A stretch of DNA of 62,952 nt, the filler included, from Klebsormidium nitens (lineage: Eukaryota; Plantae; Klebsormidiophyceae): the NCBI GenBank assembly GCA_000708835.1. It is 4 parts of 4 records of this genome, joined end to end, with 100 filler letters (N's around TTAATTAATTAA, not from the genome) between each part and the next. Parts side by side here need not be neighbours in the genome. Positions count along the whole stretch, not along the records: positions 1 to 30,490 come from DF237774.1; 3 more parts are not named here. One strand, 5' to 3'. Positions 1 through 13,788 of this stretch are shown piece after piece. The notes beneath the pieces are model-generated. The model ran no database searches, was not told where the DNA came from, and saw only the letters and a list, made by a program, of their open reading frames with translations. The translations under genes and the position numbers were made by a program. Position 1 is the stretch's first letter. Each line of letters starts with the position of its first letter.

Positions 1-1493
1 GCCCTGGTTTTGTGCCCAAGCCTCAGGAAAGAGCCCCCATTAAATCTGCCATGCCAATGCTGCCGCCCACAAGCGCCCTGCTGCCTAGCTGCCAGATTCA
101 AGTGGTTCGAATCCAACGCATTTGGCATTTTTTTGCGACGTTTTGCGGCTGACGTAGGGTGATGTCAAAGCGCGGGAACCGCGGTACCTACTGGTACGAT
201 ACCTGCGGACAGCCTACGATCCCTGCCGGGAGCCATGCTTCGTTCGGTACCGCATTCGGCTGGTCCTCGAAAGGTTCCGTACCGTGTCGATCCTCAGTCA
301 GACTTTGAATGTCCGATAAGTTTCACTTATATGAATTCACCGTTCGATCACAATGCAAGCGCGCTTGCTACGCCCACTTTAAGCATGACAAGGCCAATGC
401 ATACTTGAGGCATATTCTCATCCCGAATTTCAGGTCGAGATCACCTGTCACACTTTTGAGCATCAACTTTTACGGCGGCATGGCATAGATTGAAAAACGC
501 TGATTGCATAGTCACGGCATCATTAACATGACACTAGCTTAGTCCTATGGATGAAAGGATTGCTACTGATCTTTGCATCTTTGGTTCTTCATACAGAACA
601 GTACTTCAGATGAGTGGCAAGACAAGCACTTAATTAGCTCGAACTCGTTTGTCTGCCTACTTCAATGTAAATGTGTATCTAGAAACAAGCTTTAGCGTAG
701 CTAGCTCAAAAAGTCTTAGAAGTAACCCCTTTTCTGATCAACATGGAAACGTGTTCCAAATCATTACAGCTGAAATGGGGTTGCTGGGTACTTCCAGTGA
801 CAACGGTTGAGAGCCGGCTGCAACTTCAGTGTTGAGTGATTCAAAGGAAAAAAAATGAAATGTCCACAAACTTTGATGCATTGACAAAACGAGAAATCAA
901 GCAATCATCACATTGATCATCTAAGCAGCCATCTTGTCAAGCAAGTCTATGGTGCTCTCTCAGAGCCTTGGCATTGAAGAGTACCATACCTGTAAGAAGG
1001 GGTGAAGGTTATTGTCAGAAACGGTTAGAACCCGCAGCGTTCGATGATGCTGAACTCATGCCATGGATCAAAGTTGGAGGCGGGCCCGCTGCGCGCACGC
1101 GCTTACGCTCACCATCGAGCGGCCCGCGCCCTCGCTATCTCGCTAACCGTGATTCCGTGACAAACAACTATTATTTAGTAGCACACATTGCCGCCGCCAG
1201 TTGCACATGTATTCGTGTAGCCATCTCAGGCTACATGCGTTTGCAATGCAACTTGAATTCGATGATTTGGAGAAGAGCTGAGAAGGACCAAAGGCTTGCT
1301 GCAGAGAAAGTTTGGTCGAACTGTCGAAGTCTGATCAATTGGTTGCCAGCACTTCTCCCGTGCGGCTGAGAAAGTATTAATGGGATTGTAAGAATTACAA
1401 GATTCCCCCCTCATCGGTTTTTCCTCCTCATTGAGTATAATGAATCCCCATAGAGATATACGTTCATCCTCATCTTCCTCATGTTCCCCTTGC

Positions 1494-1698
1494 CTCTAAA
1501 CCCACCTTCACTGCCCTCCTCCGCCTCATTCCCTTCATCCCCTGTCCCCCTCTAAACCCACCTTCACTCCCCTCCTCCGCCTCATTCCCCTCATCCCCTG
1601 TCCCCCTCTAAACCCACCTTCACTCCCCTCCTCCGCGTCATTCCCCTCATCCCCAATCCCCCTCTAGAATCCCCTTCGTTCGTCTCCTCCGCCTCATT
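1494..1698. repeat. 56-bp tandem repeat (~3.6 copies, pyrimidine-rich)
   Basis: Unit ctctaaacccaccttcactcccctcctccgcctcattcccctcatcccctgtcccc starts at 1494, 1550, 1606, with a degenerate copy at 1662. Confidence 0.9.
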
Positions 1699-1789
1699 TT
1701 CTTCAGTGAAACCAGTGAGTTGGATGAATGCGCTGCATTGCAACTCTCTCCCTCTTCCTTTTACAAAGCCACCCGCCTCCCCCCCACCC

Positions 1790-2300
1790 GTTTCATCCTC
1801 ATCCTCCTCATCATTTTCACTGAAGATAATGAGGATGAAGAGCCCAATGAATAGAAGTTAAGGGACCCACGGTGGATGAGATGGACATCGATGCTTTAAT
1901 CCAACCATCTTCGCTCTCATCCTCATCCTCATCCTCATCCTCATCATTATTTTCAATGATGAGAAGGCGATGAAGGCATGGGTATAGACCCCCAAGGTGA
2001 GGCCGAGGATGAACTCTCAAGCGCTGAGACTTCACTCTCGCCCTCCTCATTGGGGGTCTACACCCCCCCTTTCATCGCCCTGATCATCCTCATTCTTCTC
2101 ACTGAGAAGAATGAGGAGGGTGGAGATGAGGATGAGGATGAGAGAAAAGATGAAACTTCAAGCTATTTTATACTTCCGCTGAAAATAATGAACAGAATGA
2201 TGAGAATCGTGATGAAAATGAGGCTTTTCATCCAAATCTAGAGTGAATTTGAACAGCCAAGACAAGAATGAAGTGAGGAGGATGAGGATGAGGGCTAATC
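1790..2300. repeat. (TCATCC)n/(GATGAG)n low-complexity repeat with local fold-backs
   Basis: tcatcc runs at ~1795 and ~1915; gatgag runs at ~2125 and ~2275; perfect inverted repeat ctcattcttctca-c-tgagaagaatgag near 2089-2115. Confidence 0.7.
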
Positions 2301-5300
2301 TTGTAATTCTTACAACTCCATTACGACTTCGTGGTGCGGCTCCTTCCGGCCGTGGATTTGTGGCAACTCGTGACGCAGACGCACATCAGTCACAGCCGCG
2401 TACGTTCCCGCGATCGTGTCATCATGTCGGGATTACGGGTTTGTCATGAGTTTTGGGCCCGTTCTGGGCCCATGCATGACACAGCGGCTGGGCCGTACTA
2501 ACCGTTCGAAACACGATCGAAAAGTATCAGAATACCGTTACAAGATGTTGCTCAATGTAAGCACTGATCAGAGTACGTACCGAGCAGCGGTGCGTCCTCA
2601 GGCCAACTCACATCGTTATTGCAGCTTAGCAATTTCAGCAAGTGACGAGGATTGGGAGACCGGGAGGCAGTGATACAACATCCAAAACATCAACTTGAAA
2701 GAGCACCTGTAGAGGACAATTGGATGACCCATGGTTCATTCTTGGAGCTCTCGGATAACCTATTTGAGCACGAAGTCGNNNNNNNNNNNNNNNNNNNNCT
2801 ATTTGAGGGTTCCTACACAGTTCCTAGTTATCACGAAGAAGCCTTATAAAATTGCTCCGTATCTTTCCCAGGGCTTCCCGTCTCTTATCGCTCCCTGCAG
2901 CCCTCTGCAGCCCTCTGGAGCAACGTACTCTCTCTCTATTCCTGGCAGTCTTGCAGCGCCAGCATCGATGGCCAGCACCAACCAGGCTCAATGCCCTTAT
3001 CATGCTGATCAAGAGCTACAACTGTGATGGTGGTCCGGGATGAGGAGACTAGGTGCTCGATCGGATGAGGGATCAGAGGGATTTCTATATATACCATGAA
3101 ATTACCGTAACACCGTAACGGTGGAGGTCGCTCAGCCTGTGCTGCCTCGAGGCACGGCGAGGCAGTGTTTATTCCACTGCATGCTGCTGGGCGCTCACTG
3201 GTCGGGACACGGCCGCAAATGAACGTATCTTTATGGCTTACATATTGGGCCCGAGGTTACAGACTTGCCGCGCAGACATGTACGTACTGTGTTCCGAGAA
3301 CCGGCGTTCTGAATCTCGAAACATCTGAGTCGTCTGTCGATATGTTCTGTACAGAAGGATTGAAGGCGTCGGTCTGGCACGGGTTAGTTCTCACTTCTAT
3401 TACCAAACATGCCAGTGCCAAGAGCTCTATCAAGAGCTTTCTTAGCAGCTGGGTCGGTCTTAGTAAAACTTTCTCAGATTGAGGAGCCTAGCCTGTCGGA
3501 CGGTGAGGGTTGAGTCACTTAATATCTAGCGACACTTCGAAGATGCGCAAAAACGTTAGGGTACTTTATACGTGCGCGGTATAACCGCGCAAGGCGCGGC
3601 CGGGCCAGCCCTCGGGCCTGCTGCGCGAGCGGACTCGAGCCGTCGTGGTCAGTGCGTGTCCCGCTGTTCGATACAGACGGTAACTTACCTGGTATATGAA
3701 GATCCCTAACTTGAAGATTGATCGATGCCATGATGCTGACGTACATACGATGGTACCAAATACATGTGCCTAAGACATTTGAGCTGTTGCTGCCGCCGCC
3801 ATAGCGTTCTAGAAGTGGCTTGCGACCATGCCCCTAACTCAGCCCGGTTGCTTGATGGAGCTAAGTGGTCGGGGAATTGGGTAAGATTCGTTTGCAGGAT
3901 AAGGTTCGGCGGCAGTGTTAGGGGCAGTTGAGCTCCAAAGAATAGCACCGGGAAATCAAATAGCTCCCGACCACTATGTCCGACCGTGACTTGAACTAGC
4001 TGTTATACTCAAAGTCTACCCTCGGTGAAGTTTCCACCGTGCGGGCCGCGACCGGCCGAGTCAAGTCACGGGCAACAATTTGTAATTGACTCGGCCTCTA
4101 CGAGTTTTCCGCGGCGCGGTCCAAAGCTACCGCCCAACGTCAATTTAATTGAATATAGCCCGTAGAGGCTGGACTCCGTGACCGTACGGTACCTCTACAG
4201 GTTTGGACCACGCGGTACAATTGGCGGTCGATACATGCGACGCGTGGCCTCTGGTAACATTTTGCTCGTGCGGCGGTACGGCAAAATGCACACTGTGCAC
4301 GCGCAGCCACACTGTGCACGCCCAAAGCATTTTTGCCCCGTCATTGACACTACTTTCTGTCTGGTGTTTGGATGGGTCACATTTGCACCGTCGATGGACT
4401 TTTGGACGGCTGAAACTACCTTATCCTGCACGGCAATCTTTTTGCGATCTGGCAGTGGTGGCTTCTACGGCCTCCGAGTTAGGGGCATGTCCGCGCGCTA
4501 CTTCTAGAACGCTATGCGCAGATCTGCTGTTCTGAAGTACGCTTCACTAGCTCGAGTTCAGCCAATGAAACAAGTCACGCCGGGTCACTTCAACATCCAA
4601 GTTAGATGAGCAGATCTACGTCGAAGCATGCAGTGCTAGTGATTGCATATATGAATGTTCTAAAAAGCACCATTCAGCCGCAATGGACACGGACTGACAG
4701 TGAGTAACTGTGACCGGACTCAATCAACTAAAACATAAGTTCACGGATAATCGATAGACTTTTAGATATTAGCCAAGACCTGGCCCGGGCAATTTTTTGG
4801 TCATGCGTTGGGTCACTGCAAGAGCTCAATATACATGGTCTTCACATCCGAGCAATTGCTTCGTCTGCTCATGTTTTCCCTTTCTGTATCTTGCAATCAA
4901 CGGTAGGCCTATGCTTCCCCTGTACACCTTACAGCGATAGTCTAGTAGTACATAAGCACGACAACCCTCTCTTTGCATCAATAATCCAACCTTCTCTGTC
5001 TCCATTAACCTCTCCCTGGTTGTAAGCGTCAGTGATCACTAACTGTTCAAAGGACACTTCGCCAATAGATACCTGACAAAGATGGCTGGTGCTTGGTATA
5101 GCTGGTGAACCTAGTAGTGCCCTGCTACTCGGCGTGGCTTTTGCCACCTTCGTTCCCCATGGTGAAGACCGGTCAAGACCCCAGGCTGGAGCTGACTCAT
5201 CCAAGTATGCCGCGCCAAGAAGACTGCAAGATTTCGAGAAGGCCGTTGTGATTCATTCCCAACGCTCGAGCTGCCAAATTGTCGAAGTTCAAAACCAATT

Positions 5301-6041
5301 TTCCTCTGGCCGGGTGAATCTGCTTTTACCCGTTGGCATGTATCCAGATCAGTGCTCAGCAAGTGTACGTGGCAATTTGCGATTAATAAGATTGAACCTG
5401 GAGTTTGAAGGGTCAACAATCTTGAAGGCTTTCATTCCAGCGGAGAACCAATTCGCTCTGCTTCTGAAAAGTGAAAAAGAAGTCGTTCTTAAAGAGCTCG
5501 ACAAAAACGACCCACCTTTTTTGACGACCTCGAGCGTGCAAGCTCCTTGGTCACAATCGTGGCCTCAGCGATACACTCCCCTCCACACGAGACGTTTTGT
5601 GCTTTCCCTGGGCAACGCTTGCCGGCTCTCGCCAAAGCTGCGCAATGCGCTGCTGCATTTGTTTTGACAAGGGCATCCCTAGCGGTCTCCCCGCTTGCCC
5701 CGCTTAACAGGGCAGCTATTACCTCTGCGCAAAGAAAAGATCGTAAATTAGGTGATTATCAAGCCAAAGATGAGTTCCAACTTAAAAAGTGTTCGGTTTT
5801 GTTAACACCTTGCCGTTGACTTTGATAGCCTGGTGTCTTCGAACACGTTACGTTTACTGGGGTTTGACAGTATCTTTGACTCGACTCTCTCTCTAATTGG
5901 CCGAAGCCTTTTGAGGAGTACCCAAGATCTGACTTAGCGTTGGCTTCTATACGAAAAGGGCGCAGCGCTCGTCTTTATATAATGAAAGCTCCTTTTCGGT
6001 CCAATCAACGACATCCAGTCTTTCCGAAGCTCAATAACTTT

Positions 6042-9000
6042 TTAGATTGTGCTTCGTAAAGACGGATACTCTAAAAGCCGAGCTGACAAAACAATCTGCT
6101 GAAGCTCCAAAACGTTGTATCTTCTAAAGTGCTGGCAGCTCTCGAGGGGTGCTACTTGAGGCGAAAACATGCTCTTTTCAAAATCACCCCGCTTACCAAT
6201 CCCCGCAAGAGTGCACTCGTCCTTCTTCTTCGCATCCGCCAGATGCAGCTCGAGTGCCGGAATGATGCCTGCGTGCATGCAAGCGTCGGGGTCCACCCGA
6301 GCTGCGCACCCCAGAAAGAACACCGCGTAACGGACCCTGTCCTCCCGACTCCCCTTGACGCTGGCCTCGAGAAGCTTGACCAGGAAGGCTGTAGCACTGG
6401 CGGCAACAATGTCTCTGCCCAAGTCCGTCGCAGCGACCTTGAGGCTGGTGATCGCAACCAGGCACGCCTGCAAACGGACCAGGCGCATATGTTGGGTGTC
6501 ACCAGCGTGCAAATTTTGGGTTAACTTTCGTACGATCTCGTGCAAATCTGGCTCACAGTGTGACGCTTCACACATCATCAGGGTGTTGGCAAAATTCTGC
6601 GCACAAGGGGGTAACACCTTTTCCTGGTCCGCAAGGTTGTGAAACTCGTCGGAACAATTTTCCTGTTCGGATCTGAAGCGAAAGCCTAGGGTGTTTGCAG
6701 TTATGTGCCGCATCAAGTGGTCACAAAAGGTGAAGGACAAAAAGATTCTGACCAATCTGAGAGCGAGTACAGGAGCATGAGTTACAATCAAACTTGCTCG
6801 ACAGACAGAAAATAATAGAAAGACGCATCCGGACTTAAGAAAGGGAAGGGAAACAGACAGGCTCTATGTGTCCAGCCAAAGTCCTGATTTGTAGGTCGGC
6901 GCGCATTCCAGGCTTTCACTCTCACGAATCATGAGAAACTATTGTCCTTAGGTCGCGTCAAGTCTCAACACCCTGGGCGCGTGCTTGAAAAAGGCATCTG
7001 GCCAACCCCTACGGAGATAGCTGGCTAGGCCTGCCTCAAGTTGTGCAGGCAATATATCGGCCAGGCGGGCACCCAAAAAGATGACAAGAAAACGGACTGT
7101 GCCAACGGACCCCTCCCAGTACAACTCAGCAATGATTAGGAGTCGGTCATCGAATCCGAGGTCGGCTTACCACGGCGTCTCCGGTTCGCCCGCTCGCCTC
7201 CAGGGTTTTCGCTGCCGTCAACAGAATCTTCAGCCCCCCGCCGCTCAAGACTGTCTCGATCACAGCTGCGCCGATCCCTTTGCACAGCCGCCAGAGAACC
7301 CGCACCAACATGATCTTGTCTTCCACTTTCGCAAGCGGAACGGCCTTCAGCAGAACGGCAACGTGCGCGTTTCCGGCCCCCGCCACGTTTCCTAGATGGG
7401 CAGCGCCGGACGCTAGCTTATCCAACGCGGCTGCGGCCGAGCTCTGAGCGTCCGGGTCGTCCAAGAGGCTCACGAGGGCCGCCACAAATCTGCTGTCAGC
7501 AGCCGCGGTCTCCGGGACGCACTCACTGATTTGCGTCATGATCTGGGCGGTTGGGGTCTTCAGCTGCTTGGCGACCTGGACGAGGACGTTGACCCCCTGC
7601 TTGTCGCCCGTCAGGGCGGCGCAGAGCCGGGGGTTGGTGGTGAGGGCTTTGAGCGCTTGCAAGACGCTTTGTACTGCGGGGCCGCCCATGAGCCCGCGCT
7701 TCTGGGCGTCCGTGAGGAAGCCGAGAGCCGCGCCGATCGCGGACGTGCCCTGCAGCAGGGGACCACTCACTTCAGGTGTTGCTGTGACGCTCCATATTCT
7801 GCGCAATGACTCAAGTGACAAGACAGCCAGGCTATAAAGCTCGAAGGGGACCGATTATAGCGGGTGAGGCATGGAAAGAGCAATATTCCATCGCTTGAGA
7901 CCCTCGAGTAGCCTGCCCGCATAACTGTAGTATGGCTGTGAAAATGCAAATATTCCCTCCCTTCCGGCCCTGACCTTCGGGTCCAACAAGCTCGGGATCA
8001 GTATTTGCAGGATCCAACAATCTGGTCTGCCAATTGACAGCTTTTTGGCCTCCGAAGCGAAACAGAGCCTTCTGGCCTCCGAAGCGGCTCATAGGTTTTT
8101 CCAACAGCTATGCGAAACCCTCAATATCTGGCCGCGGCCTTTGAAGAAGTACTGATATGCTGCCAACGAGATTACTTGAAAGGCGAAACCGACAACCGGA
8201 GCTCTGCAAAGACCAACTTCAAGCAAGACAGTCCACTAAGCAGCCCGCACAAGTATGAGAGCACTTTGTTGCCTGCCTATTTGACGCAAGCGAGCCTACC
8301 ATGCCAGTAATGTGCAACTCCCGGTCGATCTCTAGGACGAAGCGCAGTGAGCGAAACGATCGGTACAACGCCAATTGCATATGATGAGGAGAAGATTCTG
8401 CCGCTTACCCGATCGCCCCAGCCATTGGTGCTTGAGAGCTTGGCAAACAGCTCCGCGCCAGCTGTGCGGCAGTTGGCCGACTCCTCTCCTTCCGGGCAAA
8501 GCCACGTCGGCTCCAGATTCTGCGCCACGCTGCCGGTCGATACCACCAGGTCCAAGACGTGCAGGGCCGCAAGTCGCTCCTCGCCGTTCCCACCGTCCAG
8601 CATCTTGCAAAGTCCTAGCAGCGCCGCAGAGTTCTTGAGCGCCGCCTCCGTTTTCACCGGGCACGCCACCATCAGCCCCGCGAGTGCCTCTGCACAGTCT
8701 CGGGTGCGCGAACGGACTGCTTGAAAGACCATGGAGATTAGCTCGACTCCTCCCTCTTCGACGAAACGCCGCGCAAACGGCCGGCTGACCGAGAGGACTC
8801 CGACACAGCGCAGTGCAGAGCTCTGCGAACTCTGGATGGAGTTTTGAAGCGAAGGACTGAGATCGGAGAACCGTGCTCTCGGGACGGACTCCTTCGTCGC
8901 GAGCCTCAGTAGCTCCAAAAGAGTTGTCACCGACAACTCTCGTCTCTTGACATCCGCCGACCCCTCTTGTGTCTCGTCTTCCCCCTCCCCTGAAGACGTC

Positions 9001-12000
9001 GTTGCGAGGAAATCTACCACGAGCGACACACAAGCCCAGCCTTCCGCAGCCCCCGGCTCATCTCCGATCTCCTTCACCAACGCCTGAAGTAGGCGCAACA
9101 GTTTGTCGACTCCCGCTGTCCCAAGCAAGTCGCCCGGCTCGCTCGCGGTAGCCGCCAAACCGGCGAGGAACTTCGCGAGAGGCAGCCTGAGCGGCTTGTT
9201 GCTCTCGGCCTGCCCCAACAGGTACGTGAGAACAGCCTTCCGTTCCCTTGCGCCTGCGCCCTCTACAACCGACTGCTCCGAAAGACCAGACGGCGCCCCC
9301 TGAGCGAGCCATGTGAGCATTTCCAAGGCCTCAATCGTCGTGGCCCGGTCGAGGACGAGCTTCCAGAGGGAGTCGACGACATCCTCGGGTGCCGGGTCCG
9401 CGGCTAGCTTGGCGCTCTGAGCTTGGTTTGTGACGACGACTCTTGCTAGCTGGCAGAGCACGCGGCGGCCGATGCTGCGCACGCTTTCGACCGTGGCTGG
9501 GCCGTGGACCCCGTGCATCATCTCGTGCAGTCCCTGCAGTAGCATCCGGGGAATGTCAGGCAGTGCTGACGCATGCCAAAGATTCACTGGCATCAAACGC
9601 GATTGACTTATCGGATGATATCGACGTTAACGTAAACTCCCTGTCGTTTCGTAGCATCTAGCAGACGGTCAGCTCCGTAATGGTGGTCAGGACGTGTCAG
9701 AAGGCAGCTTGCTCGGTACTCGTTCGCAGAGTTGCAGGTTCCAGATTCATGCACAACGAAAGTACTGATGGTATACTTCAACGTTTGAGAAGGCAGCCAA
9801 CTTAAGAAGGAATCAGCGAGTTCCGAGCTGAGTACGGCTGAGCATTTTCGCTTTCATTGACAAGAAGCCGATTAAGGGTAAAACAGGGAATCCCTTTTCA
9901 TAAGAGGCCAACCGGACCAGTCGCTGACTCTGGCGCACGCTCTACATACTTTCTTCGACAGCCTGCATCCGTTTGTTCTGTCAGGCGTACCATCTGATCA
10001 TGAATAGAGCAGGATTGTAGACATTGGTCTTATCTTTAGGCTAGCGGTCAATTCGTTTCTTTTCAAGGTCAAGACGGGAATAATACCAAGAAAGATTTAA
10101 ACTGGTAGAAAATGCAGTCGCAGCACTTTGGCACTCGGATTCTGAGCCGGAAGTCTCGTCAGGCGCTTTTCATTGGCTCACCTCCGCGAAACTCAGGTGC
10201 ACGAGCCCGGTGATCAGGCCGGTTTTCTCTTGCTTGGCTAGCAGGACCGAAATCGTCCGCACTTCCAGACAGTGTCCGATCGTCTCTGCGGCCTTGCCTC
10301 TGATGGCAAGGCTCTCGTCCGACAGAAGCTCGAGCAAGCTGTCGCGTGCTTTCTCGATGATTTCTCCGCAGGCCTGTGAAGCAGAAAAGATGTTGCAGGT
10401 CTACAGATCGAAACGAGACGATAGAGATGAATGACCGGAGGTCACACGCTCAGGCAAGGACCGGACTGAAACTTATTGCCTGCAGATTGCATGCAAAGAA
10501 TGTGCTTTTCCACGCGACAAAGCAAAACCCGACCTTCAGCAAAAGCGGCCCAAAATGTCTCTCATGGTAAGCAGGATTCTCAAAGTTGCAACCAGAAACC
10601 TCTCGCACCAAGTTCGAAACGTTCGGCGCTCCATGGTCCAAGGATCATGAGGCGAAGAGCATCGCAGATGTTCGCTTGAAACTGGAACCGGCTGTCGAAG
10701 CTCCTTTTGAAAGAACATTCCAAACGCGAATAAAAAGGTGTTCGTGAGCAATCAGGTAGTGCTGACAATCAGTTCTGCGGAAGGAGCATCCCGTGCACTT
10801 ACGTTTTCTGCTACTTTATTGTTGTTTCCATATGCCTCCCGCACCGCAGCCGCCATGATGGCTTCCAGGGCCGTAACTGCGAAAAGCCGGACCTGGCCTT
10901 TGAAACCTAAGACGCGCACCAAAGGCTGCAAGCAGATGAGCGCACGCAAGTCAGTACAGTGCAGGGTATGACCTTGACTCTCTAGAAGAGATTCAATTCG
11001 AGTAACAATAGTGCCTCGGATTTCCTCTCACCCGAAAGATAAGGGTGACGAGACAGCGGTCTGTGTAAGAAAAGCAAATCCCTGGACGCTCAATGATCGC
11101 GTTTGGTGCAAACAAAGTCCTTGAAAAGTACTCCCAAAATGAAGAGGGTCCTTCAAGAAGGCAAAACTCCATTCCGGTGATGTCGTTACTTCGGTCATGC
11201 AGCACCCTAAGCAACGGACTCAAGCTGGAATATTTCTACAAAGTAAATAGCAAGGCTGGCGGTTGATAGCTCAGTTTGCTCCGAGAAAGAAGATGTTCAG
11301 AGGATTTCATGCTCTCGGGCTGGTTCCAAAGTCGATTGAGCGCCAACTTAGGCCTACGTACCTCAACGGCCTCGGCTTCGTAAACTTGCATCCACTTCTG
11401 CGGGTGGGCCTGGAGGAGGTCGGTCAGCTGCTCCGCTCCAATTGCCACTTTCGCGTTCAGTCCGCCGTCCAGCAAGAGGTTTGAGAGCGCTGTCATGACA
11501 TCAGGGTCCTTCGTGACGTGTACGCTGACTGTGCTGGAAGCATCCTCCGCTGCTAGACCAGAGCTGTCAGACTCCGACTCCCGCCGGGCACCGTCTAGGA
11601 AGCTGCGGAAAAGTAGGAGCTTCCTTCGTCCTGTTTTCTTCTGGATCCTCATCCACGGACTCATGAACTGCGAGAGCTTGTGTGCTGACGCTAAATGGAA
11701 CCCAAGTCGAATAAGAACTCCCACAGTCAACATTGCAATGAAAGCCGCCGCTCCTAGGAGCGGTTACCTTAGGAAATGCAAAAAAGCGAAGTCGGACCCG
11801 CCTGAACCCGCTAAAGAACCTCAAGGGAGCGGCCTAAGGCCAAGCCTCGGAGCTAGTTGCAGTACTCCAGCCTTAGCAGCCTTCTTGAGAGGGGGGTCCA
11901 AAAAGTCCAGCTACCTAAACAAAAGTGAAAAGCACTTCTTTTGCAACATCAAGGAGAACAAAAGAAGAGACAAAGGAGCTTAGCCATTTGCAGCCAGAGA

Positions 12001-12530
12001 GTACCAAGAACTTGCCCGAAGAATAGGGACAAGCAGGAAGGCATTGGCGCTCATCCAAAGTTCGAGCCGAGCTTCTTCTACAAACGAAAGTGGTCCGACA
12101 AAGGAAGCATGATTGAACCAAAACCTAGATTTCTCACCCGAGTTGCAGAAGTCGGCTGTCCATTACTTGAAAGCAAAGCCAGAATCATTTACAGATGAAG
12201 CTAACCGCTGTGAGATGCTTCTGGAATCTAACAACCTCGCAGAAGAGAGGGTTGCTCGCTGTACCTTAGCCGGTGCTCAGTTGTGGCTCTCTCGTCGGAC
12301 TGGCCGCTGCTGAAGAGAAACACTGAATCCACCATATCGCCTCCCGTGATCGGACACATGTACTTGGCGGGGACGTCCGGCAAAACCTGCATAATGCAAG
12401 TTTCAAGAAAACTGGTCCTTAGTTCCATGCGGATCTGCACCTTAAAAGAGGAAGATGGCGTCGTGCAATATCTGCGGACGCCGGAAAGAGCCTCGATATT
12501 CGGGCAGTAAAAGTCTCATGCAATTTGTTT
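6042..12530 (-). pseudogene. Multi-exon U-box + ARM-repeat (PUB-like E3 ligase) gene, probably decaying
   Basis: 12228-12440 encodes PAKYMCPITGGDMVDSVFLFSSGQSDER (U-box N-half P-x-x-F-x-CPIT..M.DPV...SGQTYER; C-half degenerate with a stop). Downstream exons (11236-11733, ~10190-10400, 8277-9596, 7147-7821, 6042-6791) are Leu/Ala-rich helical ARM-like repeats bounded by GT/AG sites; frame breaks present. Confidence 0.65.
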
Positions 12531-13788
12531 CAACCAAAATCTGCCCTGACTTCCGGAAGAACCGAGCAGCCATAGTTCATACCACGGACTACACGCGCGC
12601 GGGTGCGTCAGACCCTGCCACACCATGACGGAAAGATGACGTCAGAATATGGTGGAATACTAAGAGCTTTAGCAGACAAATGGAAGATTAATGGCTGATG
12701 TAACTGTAATCCCAATAGGTGAGAATCAAAAGCTTACAGAGACATGAACGAGAGCGATTTCTGGGAAGTTCGACATGAGCGAGATTGTATTCAATATAAC
12801 TCCTAAGAGCCTCCAGACAGCACGTCAAAACAATCTACGAGCATCAGCAAACGAAGTCGGCGTCAGGCGGTCTAAACGTTCTTTCTTTAGGCGCTTCTTC
12901 GAGCTCGACGCGCTGTGTCGTCAGAGCCATCCATCGTTGTTCTAGAGCGCTGTGGAAAGAAGGACTGACAACGGATCCAGGGTGAGAAGTGATTTGAAAA
13001 GCTGAGAAACATTTCTGATCAACGTAGGAGACTTAACAGCAAAAATCCGGTTGCTAGGATTCTCTGCTCCGAGAAATAGCTGCTTGAGTGAGGAACTCGA
13101 AGCTCCCTTTAAGGAACATGCACAAATCATGGAGGCTTTTAAGATTCTCATCCGTCGACATTTAGACAGGAGTACGTGGAGGACACCGCTGGCCGATTAA
13201 CAAATTCTGGCGTGAGTCTGGGCGGCTACTCTCAAAGAAACGTATAAGCTCTCAAAGAACGTTACAAGCTCTCAAAGAACGCTATACGAGCTCAAAGAAC
13301 GGGTTATAAGCAAATAAGCAGATCCGCGAAGGCCCTACTGTGGAGTTCAGGTCCAGGTTTGCAATGCCCATCTGCGCGATGTCGACAGCCTTGGCAGTGT
13401 CAGCCACGGGGCCCTCTTCCGGACGATCGCTTGTTCCTCCACCTAATTCAGCCCCGGAAACCTCCAGGGCTGTGGCCGCGCTGGTTTCGGATCTCGGGTT
13501 TGTGGTGCTTTTCTTGAAGGCTCCTCCGACCCAGCCCTGTAGGCCTAACCCGGGCCTTGGTTCGCTGGACCCTTCGTCATCGTCAGGCATGAGGGGAGCT
13601 GGTGGAGGAGGGGCCTGCACGAAGGGATGGCGTTATTTGCAATTAGGATAAACATAGAGGCTAAGAACTGTTTGGGGACGCCATTGCCAGGCCCAAGAAA
13701 CACAAGCAAAAGGAGGAGATGACTAAAGTCAGCAGGAGTCATGTCAATGACCGTCTAGCAAGCACAGATCGGTCGGAAGCGCGTACTT

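Noticed and set aside
95-135. GGTTCGAATCC B-box/T-loop followed by a T-run
   Set aside because: The T-stem pairs poorly and no cloverleaf or clear A-box is present; at most a tRNA-derived SINE scrap.
4488-4508. gcgcg(c)tacttctag here and at ~13779-13793 as Helitron 3' ends
   Set aside because: No convincing subterminal hairpin, 5' TC end or Rep/helicase gene.
5089-5667. 192-aa ORF on the + strand
   Set aside because: No ATG start, recognisable motif or supported splice model; may be a gene relic but cannot be called.
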